In this document: positions 12,297 through 25,600 of the stretch, one piece after another
Layout of the letters: every line of letters begins with the position of its first letter
Position numbering within the stretch: position 1 is the stretch's first letter
Assembly (NCBI GenBank): GCA_964057225.1
Contig: OZ059896.1
Location: forward strand, 9,300,001-9,364,000
Origin: Auanema rhodensis
Taxonomy: Eukaryota > Animalia > Nematoda
DNA: 64,000 nucleotides
Direction of reading: 5' to 3'
The notes under the pieces: generated by a model
Told to the model about the DNA's origin: nothing
Databases searched by the model: none
What the model saw: the letters and a program-made list of their open reading frames with translations, nothing else
Made by a program: the position numbers and the translations under genes

Positions 12297-12803
12297 CTAT
12301 GATGATTAAAACACAATATTAAATTGCATATATATTTATATAATAGATATTAAGTTGAACATAAAATATAAAGCAATTAAAAGTGTTCCGATGAGCAACT
12401 ATGCATCATCATGCATTAGAGCCTTGAAGGAAGTAGAGAAACATTATCAAAATAAACTTCGTAATTAGTAATTCACTTTTTAAACTATTCACAACATGCT
12501 CAAAATCAATATTCTAGTAACAAAAATTCTTGCACAGACATGACGACCACTCTTTACCCAGTGCCAGTCGTCAAATAAAATAAACGCACCATTGTGAAAA
12601 ATCGATACTAGCAAACAGCGTTCTGTACGCAAATTTTAGTTTCTTTGGAAAGTATTAAGACCATTACTTCGAGATCATTTATTTATCCTCACATGAGAAA
12701 TAAAACTTAGCAAAATGAACAATTAGTAAATTATTGAATATTAGATGCAAAGCACGGTTAAAGGCAGTAATGAATATACATTAATCAATATTAAAATAAT
12801 AGT

Positions 12804-13301
12804 TTAAGCCTTCTGTACTGGCTGTCCTGGTTGTTGTCCTTTCTTGTTCATCAAGTAACGATGAATGTGTGGAATAACTCCTGCAACATATAAATAATAA
12901 TAGAAGAAAACAGAAAATATTACCTCCTCCGGCAATAGTAGCTTTAATGAGAGTATCCAATTCTTCGTCACCTCGAATAGCAAGATGAAGATGTCTTGGA
13001 GTAATTCTCTTTACTTTCAAGTCTTTGGAAGCATTGCCAGCAAGTTCCAAAACTTCAGCAGTTAGATATTCAAGAATGGCAGCACTAATATATTAACAGA
13101 TTAGAAATATAAACTAATATAAAATAAAAACCTGTAAACTGCAGCTGTGGCTCCTACGCGACCATGAGAAGTGGTGCGCTGTTTCAAGAAACGATGAATT
13201 CTTCCTACTGGGAACTGAAGACCAGCACGAGCACTGCGCGAAATAACTTTAGATTTGGATTTTCCAGAATCCTTTCCAGCTTTTCCTTTGCCTCCAGCCA
13301 T
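12804..13301 (-). CDS. htz-1: Histone variant H2A.Z, 3 exons
   Basis: [40 protein letters not shown]...[48 protein letters not shown]. Confidence 0.97.
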
Positions 13302-13704
13302 TATATACTAACTGGAATAATAAACATTTAAATACAGGCTGCATAATAGTATACATATATATAGATAAGCAAATCAGAAAATAAACAAGCGAAGACTATA
13401 CTCATTAAAGCCAAGAATCCAAATACTGCGGAATAAGAGCGTCCCTCTAAAAAGCGCGGGAAAAGAAAATCCCGCCCATTGGCCAGCTGCCAAGTCCAAA
13501 CAATAAGTCCCAATGGGAAATGTCATACTGTGGCTAATATTGCTGGCAGAAGTCCAAATATTATAAAGTTTTCAAATTATTCAAATGCAGATAATGAATA
13601 AGGATTTTAAATAAAAATAATTTTTTTTTACAATGAGTAAATGTTTTTCTAATGAACTTGAGTATTTGAAGTTTACAAATTTATTAGTTCTCTTTCTTCA
13701 AGGG
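13302..13704. promoter_or_regulatory. Putative bidirectional promoter between htz-1 and wapl-1
   Basis: Head-to-head ATGs 404 nt apart; local GC-richer core with GCGCGGGAAA (E2F-like) near 13454 and ATTGG/CCAAT near 13478. Confidence 0.55.
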
Positions 13705-16700
13705 ATGTCCTCTGCGAGTTCTGGTCAGAGAAAAGGGAGACGTTATGGAGAATTTGCGAGCTCCTCAAACGCTTCTTCTTTGTTTGATGCAGCATTCTCT
13801 GGACCGTTCGTTTTTTTATCTGTAACATTATGAAACAATTCTATACAGAGATGCTAAGCGAAGACCAGAAAGATCGGTAATTACAAACCGCGTGTTTTCA
13901 CAGCTTCCTGACGACCCCGTCTTGCCATCAGGTTAGAATGATTTAAGTGATTGATTGAATTACATTATTGCTTAGTTTCTGAACCGTCGGCAATTAGGAG
14001 AGCATCGCCTCCTCAGGTTTTTTCACCCCCTATAAGTTTGCCAGAGAGTAGTTCTACAGATGGAGCTATGGAACCGGATGCGGTATGTCAATCGTATATC
14101 TATGTACTATAACATTTGCATTATAGAACTTAGATTGTAGTGACACAGAAAGGGATGAATCGCCACTTTTTGAGAAACCGTGCAGTAGTAAATCATATGA
14201 AAAAGCTTCCAATAGGTAATTCAATATTGTTCACTATCTTTATTTACAACTACCGTTCAGTACTGAAAATTCTAACGCTAAAAACCCTTGTGAAAAAAAA
14301 AGTAATCCATATGATTTTGATGAAGACGACGATTTCGATTGTCCTCTGCCGAAAAAAACCAAAACAGAGGAAGTCGGTATGTTATAATATTACCAACGTG
14401 TTTAATATCTTATATTTAGCGCCAGTGGTAACAGGCAAATTCTTTGCTCAAAAATCTTCCCGACCTGTTTACAATCATAAGTGGACGGAGGTTGACGACG
14501 AAGAAGATGAGGAAGAGGCAACTTCTGCTCGTACTCCTGCTCCCGTCAGTTATTATCGACCTAATTCAGCATCCAGTTGTGCAACTGATTCAAAGCTTGC
14601 AAATGTATTATTTTTTTTAAACATATTTACAATGTATTAATTCAAGAGAAAAGTACCTATTTATGCTCGTGAAGGGTCTTCGAGAGTGCGAAACGTGAAA
14701 GAAGCACACCAATGTTTGGAATCGGGTGAACATGATGATTTTAAACAAGATTTGGAATACATTATGAGCACTATGAAAGCTGATGCTGCCTTGAACATAA
14801 AATGTCTTAGGTTTGTGTATTGACTTACTGTTTAACATCATGTATCATTCAGTGCGTTGTCTTTGGCTAAGAAATGTATCTCCTCTGAATTTCGTCAATT
14901 TATTCGAAGTGAAGGTCAAGTTGCTCCGATCTTTCGAAATATGCTTGAAGCACCATCTGATCAGGTTAATATAATAGTTTATTAATTAAACAAAGATGAT
15001 TTAATTTAGAATTTTGCGTTGTGTGCTGCTTCTATAATATATTTGATGTCTCGGGATTTCATTCCTATTCCTGTAGACTCACAATCCCTGCGTCTTGTTT
15101 CTCAGTTATTGCGAATTGAAAAGATGGACGAAGGGGAAGAACAACAGAAGTATAAAAAAATGGTTTCTTTTTCTATTATTCGGGACTGATTATAACTAAT
15201 GTTTCATAGGTTTGGCGAGTTTTCGAAGAATATTTACGAAAAATGGAATCTATTGGAAAAAAAGTTGTATTTGATATAACTGAAGAAAATATTTCGGTTA
15301 GTTAGCAAATGTGTCTTTAAATAAAAATTTTTTTTCAAGCCATCTTTCTTGGTTATGGAAGCATTAGTATTTGTACTTTCACGTTCCCCAAGCGAAAATT
15401 TAAAAACAGAATTGCTTAACTTGGGAGCTTTACAGTGGGTTGTGGCTAAAGGTATTTTTTTATATTATCTTCTTTTTCCAATTGTGTTTGTTTCAGTTGA
15501 GAAGATTGTTTTGCGCCTTTTACACGATAAAGGAATAAATGATGAAACAGATTTCTGCCTTATTATGCTCGAAAGATGTTTTCGAATACTTGAAACTGTA
15601 TTGTTTAGGATTTTTCACTTAATATCATTTTTTAATTTTCAGTCAACTTTTCTTCATAAGAAAAATCAAGCTTTTTTGGTTTCTCATAGAGCTAGTGTGC
15701 TAATCCAAATGTGTGGAAAGTAAGTTATTTGATTAAAAAATTGTTTTTCATCTATTTCTGCAAAGTTTTAAAAAGAAATATTTAAATTTAATACGTTATT
15801 CAAGTGTGCATGCTGCAATTCTGTCTTTATATAAATAATTTTTAAAATTCTTCGCAGATTGCTCCCGATCATTCATTCATCAATTGAAGTAAAGTCATCA
15901 GATGTCAAGTTAGTAAATCGATTTATGAGTACTTTGGTTCTTATGACGAGAGTTCTTATAAATATGTCTCATGAAAACGGTTTGTTATCTCGGTTCACTT
16001 CCTAAAAGCTGAAGATTTGTTTTCAGAATTATGTTCCACTAAGTTAGGACAAATGCCCGAATTTCTTTCGTTATGCTTATCGTCTACCACTTATCTCGCT
16101 CGTAAGTTTGGAGATGAGGATAAAAAGTTTGATGTTTATGTTCTGGTATATTTTTTTTCTATTAAATATATTTAATCGGTAATGTTTAGTGTTGTTCTCT
16201 GTTAGTCAATTTGGTGGAGAGATGTAATGCCAACAGAAGAAAGGTAATCGACTCAACTGTTAAAGTACAGCTCGAAGATGGTGTTGTGGTCGAGGGTAAA
16301 GGACTGGAAGCATTAACCAAGGTAATGAATTTTTATCACATGAAAATGATTTTTTTTTAGCTATTCTGTATTCATGAGTCTAAAGCACGGGTTGTTGACG
16401 AAGAATTGGATCAAGATCTCGCTTTTGAAGTAAGGATAATCGGGTAGTTCTAAATAATCCTTTCATTTAGGAAGCACCAGAAGAGTCAGATGATGATGAT
16501 GAAGAACCTGAAAATTCCGGTAGACTCGATCGTGGTAAAATAGACGATATGAGTGAATTCGAAATGCTCCACGCTGTTCAAAATGCTATGAACAAGGTAT
16601 CAATTGTAAAATATATTCTTTTTCTTTATTGTTATTTTAGGCAAGCTCTCATATGGAAGATAGTGTAGCTGCTTCTTATCTTGCTTTACTTATTGGATGT

Positions 16701-16964
16701 TTATTGCAACAGAATGAAGTTTTACCACCGTATGGTTAATTTAATAATATTCATTTTTAGGAATTCGTTGATTCTGTCAAAGCCCTCTTACCTAGTCAAT
16801 CTCTTGCCGTTGTAATTGAACAATTACATCGATTCCTTGAGTTCATGAAGATCTCGGTATGAAATTCAAGCGATATTTCTGTTATTGATTTATTTTAGGC
16901 AAAAAAAAGCAATGGTTGGCGATCTGTCGAGAAGATCGCTGATCTTTTGGAAACATTAAATTAG
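13705..16964 (+). CDS. wapl-1: Cohesin release factor WAPL
   Basis: Low-complexity N-terminus, then the WAPL domain: VRNVKEAHQCLESGEHDDFKQDLEYIM, CLSALSLAKKC, RVLINMSHENELCS, LLVNLVE and HMEDSVAASYLALLIGCLLQ. All introns checked are GT-AG. Confidence 0.93.
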
Positions 16965-18140
16965 TTTAATCGAAATTTGGTATGCTGCACTCATCATTTT
17001 TTTTTGTACCAAATTTTTGTATGCTTGTGTCTTACGTTGTCCGGACTCGGTTTAATTGTTTTGGTGTTATGATTCCCAGTTTCACATCAGGTTTAGTGAT
17101 ATCAATTCATAATGCTCTGAATTCTGTTTATTCTCTTAGGATTGTTTTATGTTTCTAAACGGTTTATGAGTAATTTTGAGTAATTTTTATATAATTATGT
17201 GAATATGTGCATGGTATAAAATATTTATGTCTTGACTTAATTTTCACTAAATAGTTCAATCTTATTCGGCAATAAATTTGCAGCAGTAATATTTCTGGAA
17301 TATAGATTTCAGATGGGTGTTAATGGACGCATTTTACTTGAAACTGACAAAATCTTGAGTGTGAAAAGCCAATTAATTGAATGGTTTATTCAATATTAAT
17401 AATCATAAAATTAAAATAAGAAACTGGAGATCAGTATTCCTTTAAAATATAGGTTCATTACATATATTGCCCATTTGTTAATTAGTCATAGAAGAATTAC
17501 TTTCACAGGTTTGATAAGTGATTTAAAAGGGAAACTGATTAAATCTAATGTTATTAAAATTTTTATACGATTTATATATAAATATGCTGCAGATACTTTT
17601 GGGTGTATTTCAAATGAAGCTATGTTGGTTACAATATATTAACATGGGTTTGTCTAGAAAAAAAGCAAACGTAATAACAATGTCAACAAAATCTAGATAA
17701 ATTGAAATATTTAACGATGCTTAATTCGTTTGGGGGGGGGGAGGGGAGAAGCGGAGACAATTATTCGTGGTGAAGATAAACACGTGAAGGTTAAGGAGGA
17801 GTTGGCAAAGACTGGGATGAACAACCGTAAGATCGAGATCACAGAAGAGATCGCACAAACTTCAGAAAATGGAGCAGACTCGAGCGAAAGTCTGTTTGAG
17901 AGAAGGAAGTTCATGAAAGAATGTGAATGCAACATATTATCGATGTATCATTTCTCCGGAATAATTCCGTATGAATTCACGGAAAAACTTTTCAATGAAC
18001 CCTGAACTGATAAGCTTGTAAAACTGGTAAACTAGTTATTGTTTCTCTCACATTTTCCTATAGATCAAGACAACAAATGTAAGATATATTATATTTAGAT
18101 AAGTGAAGTATTAAGAAATTACGTTAACTTCTTATAGAGA

Positions 18141-21100
18141 TTAGCGTAAATTGCTTGCTCCTTGACGAATAACGGAGCTATCAGTTCCACTGATTTGCTC
18201 TAACCGAGAATGGATTTGTCGTACATTTTTAAGAAAATTTTGGAAAGTCACATCTTCTGGTCCTACAAGACGCATTTGGGAAGCACCTCCGGATGATGCA
18301 ACCGCCATAGCCAAGGCCTGGACATGAGCTTGCGCTTGCGCAGCTTGAGATTGAGCTTGAGCTTGAGCTTGAGCTTGTGCTTGAGCTTGTGCCTGAGCTT
18401 GAGCTTGTGCCTGAGCTTGAGCTTGTGCCTGAGCTTGAGCTTGAGCTTGAGCTTGGGCTTGGGCTTGGGCTTGGGCTTGGGCTTGCGCTTGGGCTTGAGC
18501 TTGGGCTTGGGCTTGGGCCTGAGCTTGTGCCTGAGCTTGCGCTTGGGCATGGGCTTGTGCATGAGCTTGGGCCTGTGCTTGTGCCTGAGCTTGTGCCTGA
18601 GCTAAAGCAACTTGAGCGTGTGTGACCTGTACTTGTGTTTGTGCTTGAGTTTGGCCGGAATTCGGAGCTTGACCAGGAACGTGATTGTGGACTTGAGTTG
18701 CTTGAGGATGATTGGAAGCTTGTACTGATACAGCGGGTGAAGCTGATGCATTAACTGATACGGATATTGGTTGTTGCTGGGCATTAGCTACTGATGATTG
18801 TGCAACTTGCGCTGCTTGATGAAGTATTAGTTGTCTTTGATGATTTAATAGGTATGAACTGGTAACAGGAGGTAGCACACCGCCTGGAAGGGCACTTCTC
18901 ATGAGAGGCGAAGGCATTCCAGTTCCATTTATCTGAAAAAAAAATTGAATGATGTTTAGACAAACGACAAACCGATACAGGGACAGAAATACTTTGACGT
19001 CGGCTACCAGGTTGAACTCCTGTTTGGGCTTGTACACGAGCTGCTTGCTGTTGTTGAGCACGTTGCATCTGTTCGAAAGCAGCAGCTTGGAATCGTTCTT
19101 GAGCATTTTGATTTTTGAGAGCTTGTTGCAATGGATCAACTCTTTGCTGCTAAAATAATAATATGTAGGTACTAAATATAGATTTTTTTCCAACCTGTTG
19201 CTGATAATTTAGAAACTGCGACAAATCAAACTGATTTAATTCAAGTTGGCGAAGTGTGAGCTAAAGAAAAAACTAAAAAAAAATTGATATCACTTTGCTT
19301 ACATCGTTTTGGGTGACTGGAAGGGTAACATGGTGAACAGCAGCAGCTTGAGCTTGGAACGCTCGCGCTTGCGCTTCGACGGCTTGGGCTTGCATTACTC
19401 GCACCAAGTGTTGCTGCTGGTTTGCTTGTAGTTGCATTACTGATGTAGTTGCTTGATGTTGTTGTTGTTGTTGTTGTTGTTGTTGATGTTGCTGCTGTTG
19501 CTGCTGTCGTTGTTGCAATTGTTTCTCATATTGATTGAATATAGCTTGATTATGAGCTATGGCCATGGGTTGTGGAACTCCAGGTATTTGGTTTATTGGA
19601 AAGCCAACCGGAATAGTGGTAGCAGGCAAACCACGTTCCATGGTAGCTGAAAATAGAGAAGAAATAGAAATATTGTAGAATAACTACACAGGAAATGTGT
19701 TAATTACAGTTTATAACTTTTCTTCAAGCTATTAGAGGTAAAATATACCTTGTAAATGCTGCTGTATTAATTGTTGCTGCTGCTGTTGTGATAGCACGTT
19801 GTTTTGCATTGGATTCGTAAAATTAGGAACCGATCTCTTTTTAGCTGGTTCCTAAAATCAAAATATAATTTAGTCATTCTTGAATATTCAATTCTTTAAT
19901 ATTTTGAAATGAAAAAGAAATCTTTCAAGTAAAAATGGATATTGTTTATAATTTTTAGTATTTTCTATATTGGGAAACTAACTGAAAACAAACAAATGAT
20001 TTAGAAATATAATACAGTTATATAAAATTTAAAAACATATCTCAAACAAGGATAAAATAAATTTAAATGAAAATGTTAATTTGCTCTATTAATTTATATT
20101 ATTATATTACTTTAATTAATATTATATCAATTTATAGAAGATATTGAGATATATGAGGAAAACTTTTTTGATTGAAGACAAGACAAAACCATAGAGAAAA
20201 TTGAAAAAACTAAATTCAATATTGAGATATGTCATTTTTGATATACAGTATTAATCATAGCTACGAGATATATGATTCCTGTAAATAATGGCAACTGATT
20301 CGTTCGAGTCCAAAAGATAATAAGATATAAAACGATAAGACAAAATATAGATTATATAATAATATATAATAAAAGAGAATTAAGCAGATAAGGGATGCCT
20401 ATCGGTAATTGAATACTCGGCTATATTATAGTTGTATCGGGTTGAAGCTACATCGCATTTTTTTCTTGTACAAACCATTGCAAATGTATAAATATATATG
20501 TATTAATAAGAAAAAAACATAAGAAGGAAATAAAAAAAAAGGAAAATCTTTGAAATTTCGCTTTGCGGTGAAACAAACTTCTTGTTATCAATCAATCAAA
20601 CTTAGATATAAAATCAAGAACACTTTGAAAAAACCAGGAAAATAATTTTCAATTAATGAATGAAAGTAAATAAAAAAATAAGCTGGTAAGATTAATTAAG
20701 GAACACAATTTCAGAATTTAGACAGAGAAAAGATTGAAAACGAAAATGAAAAAAATGTTAGAAAAGCATATGATAGAGGCAGTAGAGACATAAACTTTAT
20801 AGATAGATATAGAGACAAGTGATAACAAGATATTTGTTTCCAAGGCAAATCTTAACAAATATAACTTCAATTCAAATGACTGATAACAAGTATTGTAAAT
20901 TTGACAATCATATCTAATCATTCAAACCAAAAGATTCCTAAATAGATAACAGAGTTATGAGCAAACAGTGTAATACCTGTCATCAAATAATGAAAGATAC
21001 GCGATGAATTTTGATAGGAGACGATAATTTTTCAATACAGGAATTAGAATTGCGAAATGATTTTAAGATTAATTTAGAATCTTATATTATTTGTATATAA

Positions 21101-22628
21101 ACAGGTATAAGAGCAGAAAAGTATTGTATACTATGTAAATGATATGAAAGAAGCCTAACTGATAATGATAAATACAGTAAACAATTCTGAAAATTTGATA
21201 TTTTCTCTGGTAAGAACAATCAAAACCGCAAAAAAAAAGTTATAAAGAAGATCTCAATCTCCAAAACATATTTTGATCAAATTGAAAAGAACATATATGA
21301 ATATGTATGTATATTAATGATCAGTTATATCATAAAAAAAGGAAGAAAATGATACAATGAGCTAATAACTGTGAATGAATTGCTTAAATTAAATTTTTAA
21401 CAAACAATAGCAAAAACACGAGATTGTTAAATAAAATATAAAATTGAAAAAAGAGGATGAATCAATTATTATCAAAATTTAAAAAAAGATTGATCATAAA
21501 AAGTTTAATTGCATAGATGGCGTATTGCCTTTCAAGTGTGAATATGATCTAATCGTACTGAGGTAATCTTATCAGAAGCTTTCGTGAGGATGACGTTCTA
21601 GTCATCAGATGATATGTTCAGGGTTTTCCCCGTGATAACTACAGAAAGTAACACGGATAATAACATATTTCAATACAGGCACAAAACATTCTGCAAAATG
21701 TTCGACGCGATTTCGTTTTTGAAAGTTCAGTGATGCTGCAATTTGAATTACTAATTTCGAATACAAGAAGTACAAGCACTTAACACATAAAATTAAGTAA
21801 AATAATATTTAGATGCGTGTATGAGTATTTTCTTAAGAAAATATCTTAACAAAGGTAATATCATAGCAAAATCAATCGGTATATAGTGCAAGTGTTCTAA
21901 AAGCACAATAGTTTTACAAATAATTTAGAAAAACTATATACTTTATGAAATATAGTATATTATAAGAAAAAAAGTAATAGAGGAAAGTTATAGTTAAGAA
22001 GATTAAGGATGAATAGATCATATAAATATTGAACTAAATATAATATTTTATTTTGAAATTATTTTAGAAACAGATTATTAGATAGTATTTCCTGTATATT
22101 TTCTTAAATAGGTAGTAAGTACGTAGTGGATGGAATATTATAATAAAGAGATGGATTAGATGAGTTATAGTACTTGTAGTACTTCTTTGGCTTCCCAATT
22201 CTATTAATCTGGAGGAAAGAATAATAATGAAAATGGATATAGGATTTATTTTGAAAAAAATAGGATTTATTAGATATTTATATATACATATATCTACATA
22301 TATGCATATTTTTTTCTAAATAAATGTTGCATTATGCTTTAGCATCATCGAAAAAAAAATCTATATTCAGGATGTAATATAAAGAATACAATATAAATCA
22401 TTTGTATAGTTTTAAGGATGAATAATGATTAGATAAACTACTTATACGTTTACGTTTATGCATTTTTTTTACTTAAAAAGAAATAATTAAAACATTAATT
22501 AGATAATATGAATAATAGTAATTAATGCATACCTCTGATATGCCAGCAATTCCATTGGGTAGATTTCTCTTCAAGGAGTCCTTATCTACTTCCACTGCTG
22601 CAGGTGGTGCATTATTGAAAATCCGCAT
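18141..22628 (-). CDS. Gln/Ala-rich low-complexity (prion-like) protein with polyQ and (AQ)n tracts; may extend to an upstream exon at 41215-41285
   Basis: Exons 22533-22644, ~19749-19852, ~19303-19647, ~19194-19260, ~18978-19149 and 18141-~18932 splice in frame: [41 protein letters not shown].../...polyQ.../[17 protein letters not shown].../...(AQ)n...QGASNLR*. PAKKR looks like an NLS. Confidence 0.8.
18351..18602 (-). repeat. Coding hexamer repeat encoding 42 Ala-Gln/His dipeptides
   Basis: GCN-CAR units with synonymous variation (GCT/GCC/GCA/GCG; CAA/CAG); 252 nt = 84 codons. Confidence 0.95.
19454..19517 (-). repeat. Coding CAA/CAG polyglutamine tract
   Basis: Encodes [21 protein letters not shown] in ORF 19273-19641. 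Confidence 0.9.
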
Positions 22629-25600
22629 TAGGTCCACTTGTTTCCTGGAAAATAAATAATGAAATAATGAATTTTTATAAAAAAAATAAATTTAAAAAAA
22701 TGAATTATAGCTTTAAAACTAAATCAAATTACTATAAAACCACAACAAGCGATGATAGAAAGAAATAGAAAATAGAAGTGTGATAATGAGTGCAAAAGAA
22801 GAAATATATGAGATAAGAATAAAAACGATAAACTAAATTAATTGTGCTGGCTCATGGGTTGTCTAAGCTGGAAAATGTGTAACAATACGATTACTACTGC
22901 TTGATTAGAAGTTTACTCTCAACTGTCAGACAAATTAAGTTATTTTTATCAGTTAATAGGTATACACACAATATTAACTGATTATAATCATTTCTGTGAT
23001 TCATTTATTATGATATTGCATATTGTTTTTTTGAAAATTTAAATTTTTTTTATAACTAAAATAATTATAAGATTTGGATAACTATGCATATGGGAAGTGG
23101 AGGGGTGGTAGGGCTACAGGCATGTAATGGACCATCACGTATTAGAAGGAATCCCTTCAATGTCCAATTGTCGCGTACGTTATGATGACAACTGATTATC
23201 CAACGAATCTGAGGATTAATCTGTTGATTTTATGGAAAATCAAGAAATTTAAGGAATAATGATAAGCTAAAGCTGAAACTCAATCGTGATATATGGTCAC
23301 GTAAACAGATTACAGACTCCATTATCATTCGATATATGACAACTTTGCTTTTATTCTTTTTATCTTTCTGTTTTTGGAAAGTTAAAATCTCTTGAGATTA
23401 GGTTAATCTGTGATCTAATGAGATCCTCTGGTTCTTCTTTTTTCTAATCTAGTTCTTCCCTTTTGAGTATCCAACTATTACTATAATATCTCTACAATCT
23501 GTATCATAAACTCATATGAGATGATCAAAATGATCTCATATGCTTATTCAACAAAACCATATTATATCTTGCAAATAAATCTTTTTTGAAATATCGTAAA
23601 TCTGATATAAAACTGAAAACTGAATATTGATTATAAAGTTCTGAAAGCTTAAATAGGTCATAAATAAATAGATTAATCATAATCAAAGATATTTAAAATG
23701 CTCCTGTGCTCAAGCTCATAAGATGAGCGGGGGGAATATAAAGAAATATAGAATAAGATCAATGAACTAATTAAAAGGTGTTATGAACTATATATATATA
23801 TATATAAATATATAAATAAATATATATATTTATATATAAACATTTCAAAAGTAATAAAAACAATACTGCTACATGCTAAATAGAATTTTTTTTATTAATA
23901 TATAATGAAGCACATTATTGTTATAATAAATAGTTAATCGAATAACCATTAGAGTTTTAATTGAAATTTAATGTATGTTTTAATTTTAACGAGGAAATTG
24001 TGAGAAAATGAGAAATTTCAGCAAAGTTTGAATAAGTAATGGAGATAGATAGATGATGATGTAGCATAAGCATGGCTAGGTACTTGAAAGCCTAAGTGTC
24101 TTGCCAAACGCTAATATAATATGAATTATAGTTGATTTCAGCATATAAAATATAAAATATTTTATTTATAATAGTCAAAAGAAGATTATTAAATAATTTC
24201 AAAAAAAAAAAAAAAAAAAAGAAAAAAGTACGTCTTCGTTTTTTTGGTAAATGTGAACATGAGATTAGAACATTTACCAGGATTGAATTAACAACTGTTT
24301 GTATTATTTTAAATAAAATATTTAAAATGTTTCTTAAGAAAAAAATAAAATTTGAAATTGATACTATCTATGAAATAGACAAAAATATTGTCTTGTTATG
24401 TATTTTAACATTGGTCAATAAGAAAACTATACGATATTGATAACGATAAGGTCTAATAGGTTACGTATGATTATATCAATATGTGCAAATATACGATATA
24501 TAGATATATATATATGTGTGATTAATATAATTTTAAATAATAAAACTGAAATAAACGGAATAGCAAGAGTTGAAAATGAAATTGAAGAAATACATCACAC
24601 ATAGATAAATATATACAGCCGTTTTAAAGAAAGGATATATAGAAGGGATGCTCAGCTTAAACTTTGGTTTAGACAACTTCAATTCAATAACTTGAGGCGA
24701 TTTCATCAAATTCAACAAGGATATGCAAAGTTTTTGAAGATTGAAGGAGGGTTTGATGATCAGCGTGGGAGTATGATAGGAGCATGTACATTTCTAATTA
24801 AGATGCAGCATTATTTGAATTCTGCTGTTGAGGCGGTGAGAACATTATTCAAGGAAAACGCAATTGTTTCAAGTTCTAAATAAATTTTAAAACATTATTT
24901 GGAGCGAGAGGCTTGTTTTTCTCGTAGGTGTGCCCAAAAGTATAAGTGAGAGAATAAAAAAAAAGGAAAAAATATGAAATAATTTCAGAGAGTGTTCATG
25001 TCTATATATATGTATATTATACTAAATATATATAAATATATATATAAATATACATATATATATATATATGTACATGTATATATGTACATATATATTAGAT
25101 AATTCTCAGATCATAATTCAGGATAAAATACATGAAACATTGTAGGACTATGACGCTTAAATATATTTTTTTTCGATGTTTGAACAACAACACAATGATT
25201 AATCTGTAGCCTATGATTTCAATTGTAATGATTTTTAAAGTACACTTGTCCACGTGGAACGGTAAACTTTTGAATGTATGTATGTATGCACATGCATATC
25301 TTCTTTGTTTGCTAATAAGACAAAAAAAAAGAAAGAAAAGAAAATAATATTATATTATTGCTTGATTCAGCAGAAGAATATTAAGATTAGACAATCAGAG
25401 AAATACAATTGAATTATATCTAATTAGCAAAATTCAATATACTATTATAGCGAACAATTGTTTAATTATATAAAAAGTAATTTCATTAGTGATGAAAAGG
25501 ATTAGAAAAAATACTTTTAAATTCTATTAAAATATATAATTAAATTGAATAGATTAAAATATCTAAAGTCAATGCATAATTTTTGTCTTAATGCTGTTAT

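Noticed and set aside
12500-12630. Possible H/ACA snoRNA or SmY RNA (hairpin plus ANANNA; AATTTTTG on the minus strand)
   Set aside because: No terminal ACA and no convincing second hairpin next to the Sm-like site.
17711-18005. ORFs 17730-18005 (+) and 17711-17935 (-)
   Set aside because: Non-ATG or unsupported starts, no splice context or homology; they lie in the Q-rich gene's 3'UTR.
18263-18625. ORFs with poly(KL/KP), poly(LS/LG) and poly(LE) in the other frames
   Set aside because: Frame and strand shadows of the stop-free (AQ)n hexamer repeat.
20289-20311. GTTCGAGTCC B-box/T-loop-like motif
   Set aside because: No cloverleaf and no correctly spaced A-box; no tRNA found in the window.
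21583-21604. Minus-strand TGACTAGAAC..., matching the start of miR-44/61-family miRNAs
   Set aside because: No complementary arm for a pre-miRNA; only a 6-bp local hairpin.
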